A stretch of 64,000 bases of DNA from the NCBI GenBank assembly GCA_963750125.1, contig CAVVPT010000011.1, forward strand, positions 261,710-325,709, given 5' to 3'. The DNA comes from an uncultured Chloroflexia bacterium. GTDB taxonomy: Bacteria; Chloroflexota; Limnocylindria; Limnocylindrales; CSP1-4. Position numbers and translations under genes: made by a program. Under the pieces are notes generated by a model, which saw nothing but the letters and a program-made list of their open reading frames with translations, was not told the origin of the DNA and did no database searches. Positions 57,013 through 63,600 of the stretch are shown piece by piece; positions within the stretch are counted from its first letter, which is position 1, and every line of letters begins with the position of its first letter.

Positions 57013-58074
57013 GTGTCGGAACGGCCCGCGGATGTGTCGGCGGCCCTGGCGAACCTCGAGGCTCGCTGGGGAGCGGCGGCTCCGCGGCGGCTGACCGACG
57101 GCGCGCTCGCGCTGGTCCCCGCCGCAGCTCCGGACGGGGACGCCGGGCCGGCCCTCGCCCCGCTCGAACGCGTCGTCTCGACCGGCTTCGCCGAGCTCGA
57201 CGCGATCATCGGACCGGGGGGCCTGCCGCGGAATGCGGGCGTGGCCCTGCGCGGCGACGGGTCCAGTGGCCGCACGACGCTCGCGCTGCGGACCGTGGCC
57301 GAGGCCCAGGCAGCCGGCTCGGTCGTCGCCTGGGTCGACCTCTCGCGCACGTTCGACCCGGTCGAAGCGGTCGCCCGCGGCGTCCGCCTCGAATGGCTCG
57401 TCGTCGTCACGCCCGAATCGCTCGACGAGGCACTCGCGATCGGCGGGGCGCTGCTGACGAGCCGCTCGGTCGACCTGCTCCTCGTCGACCTGCCGGGCCG
57501 TCTCGCGCGCACCGACCGCGCCTCGAAGGTCGCCGACCGGCTGCACCGCCTGGCGGCGCTCGCCCGGCGCTCGGACGTCCTGCTGATCCTGCTCGAGCCC
57601 GCCGGCCGCGGCGACCCGAACGGCCTCACGACCGCGGTCGCCGAGGCAACCGGACTCCGGCTCGAGCTGACCCGCCGGGGATGGATCCGCCTGGGGCGCG
57701 ACGTGGTCGGGCAGCAGACCGAGGCGCGCGTCACCCGTAACCGGTTCGGACCGCCGGGCGGTCGGGCCACGCTCCGGATCCTCTACGCGGACGGCGGCGA
57801 GCGAGACGCCTGCCTTCGCCGGGAGGACCTCCTCGTCAACGCCCCCGCTTTCACCGAACGAGAGCAGCTCGATGCGACTCCTTCATCTCCACTGGCCACA
57901 CCTGCCGCTCGCGCTCACGAAGGCCCGGGCCTCCGGCTCGTTCCCGACCGGCCCCACGATCCTCGGCGGCCAGCCGTGGACGGCGGGGACGGTCATCGAC
58001 GCCAGCCCCGAGGCGCGGGCACTCGGCGTGCGCCGCGGAATGCCGCTGGGCGCGGCGCACCGGCTGGCGCCTGA
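57013..58074 (+). CDS. imuA: ImuA-like RecA-fold protein (SulA/ImuA family); the true C-terminus is probably near 57,870
   Basis: STGFAELDAIIGPGGLPRNAGVALRGDGSSGRTTLAL...VVAWVDLSRTFDPVEAVARGVRLEWLVVV. The ORF tail overlaps imuB by about 200 nt. Confidence 0.7.
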   Translation: MSERPADVSAALANLEARWGAAAPRRLTDGALALVPAAAPDGDAGPALAPLERVVSTGFAELDAIIGPGGLPRNAGVALRGDGSSGRTTLALRTVAEAQAAGSVVAWVDLSRTFDPVEAVARGVRLEWLVVVTPESLDEALAIGGALLTSRSVDLLLVDLPGRLARTDRASKVADRLHRLAALARRSDVLLILLEPAGRGDPNGLTTAVAEATGLRLELTRRGWIRLGRDVVGQQTEARVTRNRFGPPGGRATLRILYADGGERDACLRREDLLVNAPAFTEREQLDATPSSPLATPAARAHEGPGLRLVPDRPHDPRRPAVDGGDGHRRQPRGAGTRRAPRNAAGRGAPAGA

Positions 58075-59125
58075 GGCGGTCTTCCTCGACCCCGACCCCG
58101 ACGCCGACGCGTTTGCCCTCGAGGCCGCCTTCGAGCGGCTGGCCGCGTTCAGCCCGGGGGTCGCCGGGACGAACGACCCGCACGACCCGGCGTTCGGCCT
58201 CTTCGAGATCCAGGTCGACGGCCTCGGGCCGCTGTGGGGCACCGAGCCGGTGCTCGTGGAACGGGTCGGCGGTGCGCTGGAGCGGCTGCTCCCCGGGGAG
58301 CCGCGGGCGGGGATTGCCGGGACGCGGTTCGCGGCCACGGTCGCGGCAATCCATGCGAAGCCGGACGAGCCGCTCTTCGTCCCGCCCGGTGACGACGCTG
58401 CGTTCCTCGCGCCCTACCCGGCCGGCCTTCTCACGACCGACCCCGACGTCCGCGCCCGGCTGACCCGCTTCGGATTGCGCCGGATCGGCGCGGTGGCCGA
58501 GCTGGCCCGGTCGGCGCTCGTCGCGCGGTTCGGCGAGGAGGGCGCCCTGCTGCACGCCCGGGCGCACGGCGAGGAGACCGATCCGTTCCGGCCGCGGCGG
58601 ACCCCCGAACGACTCCTGCTCGGGCTGCCGATCGAGCCCCCGGTCGAGGAGCTCGAGGCGCTCCGGTTTGTCCTCCACCGCCTGGCCGCGGCGCTCGGTG
58701 AGCAGCTCGGGACACGCGGTCTCGCCGCGGCCCGCGCGTCGCTCCGGCTCGAGCTGGATCTCGCGTTCGCCCGCGCAGGCACGCCCCGCGAGCTGCTCGT
58801 GGATCAGCGCTTCCCCGAGCCAACCGCTGACGCCGAGGCCGTCGAGCGGCTGCTCTTCGCACGCCTCGAACGGACCCCGCCGCCGGCCGCGGTCGCCCGG
58901 CTCGAGCTCGAGCTGGCCGGCGCCGAACCCGCGGCGGGTCAGCAGCTCCCGCTGTTCGAGCCCCAGGCTGCACGCAATGTTCGTCTCGGATGGCAGCTCA
59001 TGCGGCTCGCGCTGACGTTCGGGGAGGATCGCTTGCAGCGCGCCGTGATCACGGACCCCGAAGCGCCACTCCCCGAACGGCGCTGGGCATGGCAGTCGGT
59101 GGTCGGGGACGGGACCGAGCGATGA
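57872..59125 (+). CDS. imuB: ImuB-like Y-family DNA polymerase homologue
   Basis: MRLLHLHWPHLPLAL...VIDASPEARALGVRRGMPLGAAHRLAPEAVFL. 417 aa, shorter than my recollection of typical ImuB proteins. Confidence 0.8.
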   Translation: MRLLHLHWPHLPLALTKARASGSFPTGPTILGGQPWTAGTVIDASPEARALGVRRGMPLGAAHRLAPEAVFLDPDPDADAFALEAAFERLAAFSPGVAGTNDPHDPAFGLFEIQVDGLGPLWGTEPVLVERVGGALERLLPGEPRAGIAGTRFAATVAAIHAKPDEPLFVPPGDDAAFLAPYPAGLLTTDPDVRARLTRFGLRRIGAVAELARSALVARFGEEGALLHARAHGEETDPFRPRRTPERLLLGLPIEPPVEELEALRFVLHRLAAALGEQLGTRGLAAARASLRLELDLAFARAGTPRELLVDQRFPEPTADAEAVERLLFARLERTPPPAAVARLELELAGAEPAAGQQLPLFEPQAARNVRLGWQLMRLALTFGEDRLQRAVITDPEAPLPERRWAWQSVVGDGTER

Positions 59126-59370
59126 CCCGGCTGCTCCGCGAGCACCCGGTGATCGACGTGGAGACCGACGCGTCGGGCCGCCTCAGCGCGATCCGCTGGA
59201 ACGGCCGGCGTGAGCCGGTCGAGGTGTGCAACCGCTGGCGGGTGGAGGAGGCGTGGTGGGGCGATCCGATTGCACGCGACTACATGAAGGTCGTCGGGCT
59301 GCAGTGGCTCGCGCTCATCTACCACGATCGAATCGGCGGAACGTGGCACCTGGAGCGCCTCTACGACTAG
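59122..59370 (+). CDS. 82-aa W-rich protein translationally coupled to imuB (a separate subunit or a detached ImuB C-terminus)
   Basis: The ATG overlaps the imuB TGA (ATGA). Translation: MTRLLREHPVIDVETDASGRLSAIRWNGRREPVEVCNRWRVEEAWWGDPIARDYMKVVGLQWLALIYHDRIGGTWHLERLYD. Confidence 0.55.
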   Translation: MTRLLREHPVIDVETDASGRLSAIRWNGRREPVEVCNRWRVEEAWWGDPIARDYMKVVGLQWLALIYHDRIGGTWHLERLYD

Positions 59371-59423
59371 CGTGGGGCACAAGGGCACGAAACAGGATCA
59401 GGCGACCAGCCGGATCCCGGGCG

Positions 59424-59528
59424 TCAGCGGGTTGGCGATCCGATCGTCAGGCTGACGACGAGCAGGACCGCGAACAGGCCGATGACGAAGATGAGTGCGG
59501 CGACGTCACGAGGCTTCGTTGACTGCAC
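59424..59528 (-). CDS. Candidate 34-aa single-transmembrane micropeptide
   Basis: GAGGGG, 4 nt, then GTG. Translation: (M)QSTKPRDVAALIFVIGLFAVLLVVSLTIGSPTR-stop. GC3 is high. Confidence 0.35.
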   Translation of the reverse strand: MQSTKPRDVAALIFVIGLFAVLLVVSLTIGSPTR

Positions 59529-59619
59529 GTTGCCCCTCAAAGGCGCTATCGGATCGGATTCCCGGCCGATCCACCTGCAGTATGGACGTCCGTTCGGTTC
59601 GGTGTGTTGCGCGCATACC

Positions 59620-59645
59620 AAAAAAAGCGCCCTATTCGAACGGGC
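59620..59645 (-). terminator. Intrinsic-terminator-like hairpin plus T7 run at the end of the lipoprotein gene
   Basis: On the minus strand: GCCC-GTTCGAATA-GGGC-GC-TTTTTTT. A 7-T run is exceptional in this GC context. Confidence 0.5.
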
Positions 59646-60172
59646 AGTCCGCGCCGTAGCGGACGGTGATGATCGTGAGGCCCCCCGCCGGCGCGACGGT
59701 CGTTTCGACCCGACAGTCCTCGTCCCCCACCGAGTCGAGCACGAAGCTGCCGTCTTCGAGCGGGCCCGAGAGCGCCTCCGTGCTGTACGTGGCCAACTCG
59801 AGCCGCGACTGCATCCACGTCGCGATCTCATCGGCCGCAGCGGGCGTGCTGAACGTCGCGCTCACCGGCTCGCCGGCTCCGGCCACCTCGGTCTCGACCG
59901 CGTCCGGGTAGACCGGGAAGCGGGCCGGAAGCGCATCCCAGATACGGCCCCACTCGGTGTCGGTCTGGGTCACTGCCGGTTCCTCGGTCGCGGGCGGCTC
60001 GGCCGAAGATGGGCCCGCCGGTGGTTCGGACCCTTGGCCGGCCGGCTCGCTGGTCGCAGCGCCGGGCGTTGCCTCGACCGCGGACTGGAGCGAATCGTCG
60101 GTGCCGGTGCCGCGGGCAGGCGACGAGGAGCAGCAGGACACCAGCGAGGAGGAGCGATCGGCGGGGGATCAC
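59632..60172 (-). CDS. Lipoprotein of unknown function (frame break just after the lipobox, near 60,110)
   Basis: GTG 60172, then VIPRRSLLLAGVLLLLVAC. The mature part, in the frame of ORF 59632..60141, ends ...TIITVRYGADCPFE. TATCCT lies 6 nt upstream of the GTG. Confidence 0.65.
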
Positions 60173-60189
60173 CTGTCGAGGATAGAGCA

Positions 60190-60220
60190 GGACCCCGTCG
60201 CCCCCAATGCGACGGGGTCC
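60190..60220 (-). terminator. 12-bp perfect stem-loop between the 53-aa ORF and the lipoprotein gene
   Basis: GGACCCCGTCGC, a 7-nt loop, then GCGACGGGGTCC. Confidence 0.45.
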
Positions 60221-60328
60221 TGCAGGCCGGCCGGACCGCTCACCAGTCCGTCCAGCGGGTCGACGCACCGACCATCGCGGTCGATCGTCGCCATCGTCCC
60301 GAGCCCCCAGGCGCGAGACGTTCTGTGT

Positions 60329-60490
60329 TCAGCCGCTCGCCGCCTGCGCCGCGAGGACCGCGGGCAGCAGGACCAACACCAGCAGCATGGCGATCACGAC
60401 CATCAGCATGCTTCGCGCAGCCACTGCCGCAATCGGGCGAATGGTCGTGATCATGCCGTTGAGACGTCTGATGACCGCATCTTGTTTCAT
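60329..60490 (-). CDS. Candidate 53-aa small membrane protein, divergent from dnaE2
   Basis: MKQDAVIRRLNGMITTIRPIAAVAARSMLMVVIAMLLVLVLLPAVLAAQAASG-stop. GC3 is high in the transmembrane part. The LexA box lies 54-69 nt upstream. Confidence 0.45.
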   Translation of the reverse strand: MKQDAVIRRLNGMITTIRPIAAVAARSMLMVVIAMLLVLVLLPAVLAAQAASG

Positions 60491-60543
60491 CGAACTTCGT
60501 GAGAAGTTCGGGGCAGTCTCGCGGGCAGAACTGCTGGCGTCAT

Positions 60544-60559
60544 TAGAACGCATGTTCTA
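60544..60559. promoter_or_regulatory. LexA (SOS) box, perfect palindrome
   Basis: TAGAACGCATGTTCTA. It lies 44 nt upstream of dnaE2 GTG 60603, which is preceded by GGGAG. Confidence 0.7.
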
Positions 60560-60602
60560 CCATGGACGGGCCCCCCAGGCAAGACCCGTGGGAGCCCTTT
60601 TC

Positions 60603-63600
60603 GTGGTCCGCTACGCCGAACTGCATTGCCATTCGAACTTCTCGTTCCTCGACGGCGCCTCGCCCTCGGATGACCTCGTCGAGCGTGCCGTCGAGCTGGG
60701 CCTGAGCGGGCTGGCCGTCACCGACCACGACGGCCTGTACGGCGCGGTCCGGTTCGCCGCCGCCGCCGAGGCGGCTGACCTCCACCCGATCGTCGGCACC
60801 GAGATCGCGCTGCTCGACCCGGCCGTCGCGGATCCGGACGCTGTCGTCGTCCCTGCTCGTCGCCCGCGTCGACGACCACGGTCGCGGACCCCCGCCCTCG
60901 ACGTCAACCGGGTCGAGGATGGTCACCCGTCCCGGCCACGACCGGAGCGAGCCCGACTCCCCGGCCATCGCGATCCGGTCAAGGAAGACTTCCGCGGCAT
61001 CCGCCCGGGGGCCCGCGGGCCACGGCTCGTCCTGCTCGCCCGGGACCAGGCCGGCTGGCGGAGCCTGACCCGGCTGCTGTCGCGGGGCAACCTTGCGGGG
61101 ACGAAGGGCGCGCCCCAATTCCGCCACGCCCTGCTCGAGGAGCACCACGAGCAGGTGATCGGCCTCTCCGGCGGGCGCAGCGGCGAGATCGGCCGGCGGC
61201 TGCTCGTCGGCGATCGGAGCGGCGCCCGGGCGGCGGCGGAACGCCTTGCCGGAATCTTCGGCGAGGACGGCTTCTGCATCGAGCTGGCGCACCACCTGCT
61301 GCCCGACGATGACTGGCTTGTTGCCGAGTCGGCAGCCCTGGCGGCCGACCTGCGTCTGCCGGTCGTCGTCACGAACGCCGTCCACTACGCGACGGCCGAG
61401 GACCGCGAGTTCCACGACGTCCTGACGGCGATCAAGCACGGCCGGACGCTCGACACGCTGGCCGATCTGCGCCGCCCCGACGCCGAGTCGTACCTGAAGT
61501 CCGGCGAGGCGCTGGCGGCGCTCGGTCATTCGCTGGATCCGGTCGCGGCACGTGCCTGGCATGAGGGGATCGAGCGCTCGGTCGCCATCGCCGCTGCCTG
61601 CCACGTCGACCTCGGATTCGAGCAGTACCGCTTCCCGGGCTTCCCGGTGCCGGACGGGGAGACGCCGTTCTCGTACCTGTCGGAGCTGTGCTGGGCGGGC
61701 GCCCGGCACCGCTACCACCCGCTGACGCCGGCGGTCGTCAAGCGGCTGGCCAACGAGCTCGACGTCATCGAACGAGCCGGCCTCGCCGAGTTCTTCCTCA
61801 TCTGCTGGGACCTGATGCGCTTCGCGAAAGAGGAGGGGATCCCGGCCCAGGGCCGGGGCAGCGCGACCAGTTCGATCGTGTCGTACACCCTCGGGATCAG
61901 CCGGGTCGAGCCGATCGCCCACAACCTCCTGTTCGAGCGGTTCATCAACCCGGGCCGAACGACCTACCCGGACGTCGACATCGACTTCAGCTCGGCTCGG
62001 CGCGAGGAGGTCATCCAGTACATCTATCGGCTCTACGGGCCGGAACACACGGGGATGGTCTGCAACCTCGTCACCTACCGGGCGCGCTCGGCGGTGCGCG
62101 AGGTGGGCTACGCGCTGGGGTTCCCGCGGCCGCTCGTCGACCGCGTGGCGAAGGCGCTCGAGACGTACGACAGCGTGATGGTCCGGCGCGACCTCGAGGC
62201 CGATGGCGGGTTCGCCGAGTTCTTCCGACGGGCGGGCGAGGGAACGCCGGCCGAGGCCCTGGCGGCCGCGCAAGCCGAGGCGCACGGCCTCGTCGACGGG
62301 ATGGGCCAGTTGCAGCAGCGCGTCCCGCTCGTCGGGAAGGTGCCGCCGTGGCGCCAACCATCGAAGCCGGAGGACCCGAACGCCCCGCGACCGTTCGCCT
62401 GGCTCCGGGAGGGGGAGAGCGAGGTATCAGATCCGCACCCGGTGCGTGGTACCGAGGCAGAAGCGGATGATGCCGCTCATCTACGCACTGGGCGCGTGAT
62501 AGATGCGAACCGAACTGTCACCCACGCTCAGACGGCGCCCGAAACGGTGCCATCTGGTGACGGAACCGCGCCTACCACGCAAGCCATGCGTATCCGGCAG
62601 GAATCCACTGCAAAGGCGCAGACAGCAAGCGAGGTGGTGGTAGCGCCGTTCGAGGACCATTTCGAGGCGATTTCGTCCCCGGAGCTCGCTGCGCTGAGCG
62701 TGGATTCAGGTGAGATCCACCCGACGTTCGGCGCTACGACCACGGGGATTGGTAATCGAGTCGAACTCGGCCCGGATCGGCTCGCACCGGTGGTCGAGCT
62801 GCGGCGCGGCGGAACGTCCGATGACGAAGGTGGCCCGGGCGACTCGCCGGCGAGCGTCGCCTGGCTGCGGGCCGGCCGCGGGACGGGCTACGGCGTCCTC
62901 GGGCCGCCGCCCGGGGCGGTGCCGGTGGATCCGGACCATGGCATGCCGCTGCCGCCTCCGCGCAGGACGGACCGCCTCGGTCGGCCAAACATGTGGGACC
63001 CGCCCGCGCCACCGGTCCAGGTGCTCGGCCGCGGCGGGAACACGCGGGGCGGGCACCGCCACGCCGGCGCCGAGACCCATTCGTCCGTCGCCCGCGTCGA
63101 GCCCGAGGAACCGCCGCAGGCCCGCGGCGGTTCCACGGTCGGCCTGTCCCACTGGGAGCGCTGGCTCGAGTTCTGCGCCCGGATCGACGGCTTCCCGCGC
63201 CACCTGTCGATCCACTCGGGCGGCATGCTCGTCACCGCCGCCCCGCTCATCGACATCGCGCCGATCGAGCGGGCGACGATGGTCGACCGGGTCGTCGTCC
63301 AGTTCGACAAGCGCGATGTCGAGACGCTCAAGCTCATCAAGCTCGACCTGCTCGGCCTCGGGATGCTCGCAGCGATGGACGAGACGCTCCAGCTCATCCA
63401 GCACGATTGCGCGGTCTGCCTCGACCTCGACCGCTTGCCGGAGGAGGTGCCGGAAGTGTTCGAGATGCTCGGGGCCTCCGACACCGTCGGCGTCTTCCAG
63501 GTCGAGAGCCGAGCCCAGATGCAGACGCTTCCCAAGTCGCGGCCGCAGAGCCTGGACGACCTCGTGGTCGAGGTCGCGATCATCCGGCCCGGTCCGATCC

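Noticed and set aside
62226-63146. Intein or other self-splicing element in dnaE2
   Set aside because: The upstream junction has no Cys/Ser/Thr nucleophile. I found no intein blocks (TxxH, or terminal His-Asn followed by Cys/Ser/Thr), no homing-endonuclease motifs (LAGLIDADG, HNH) and no group I or group II intron-like structure.
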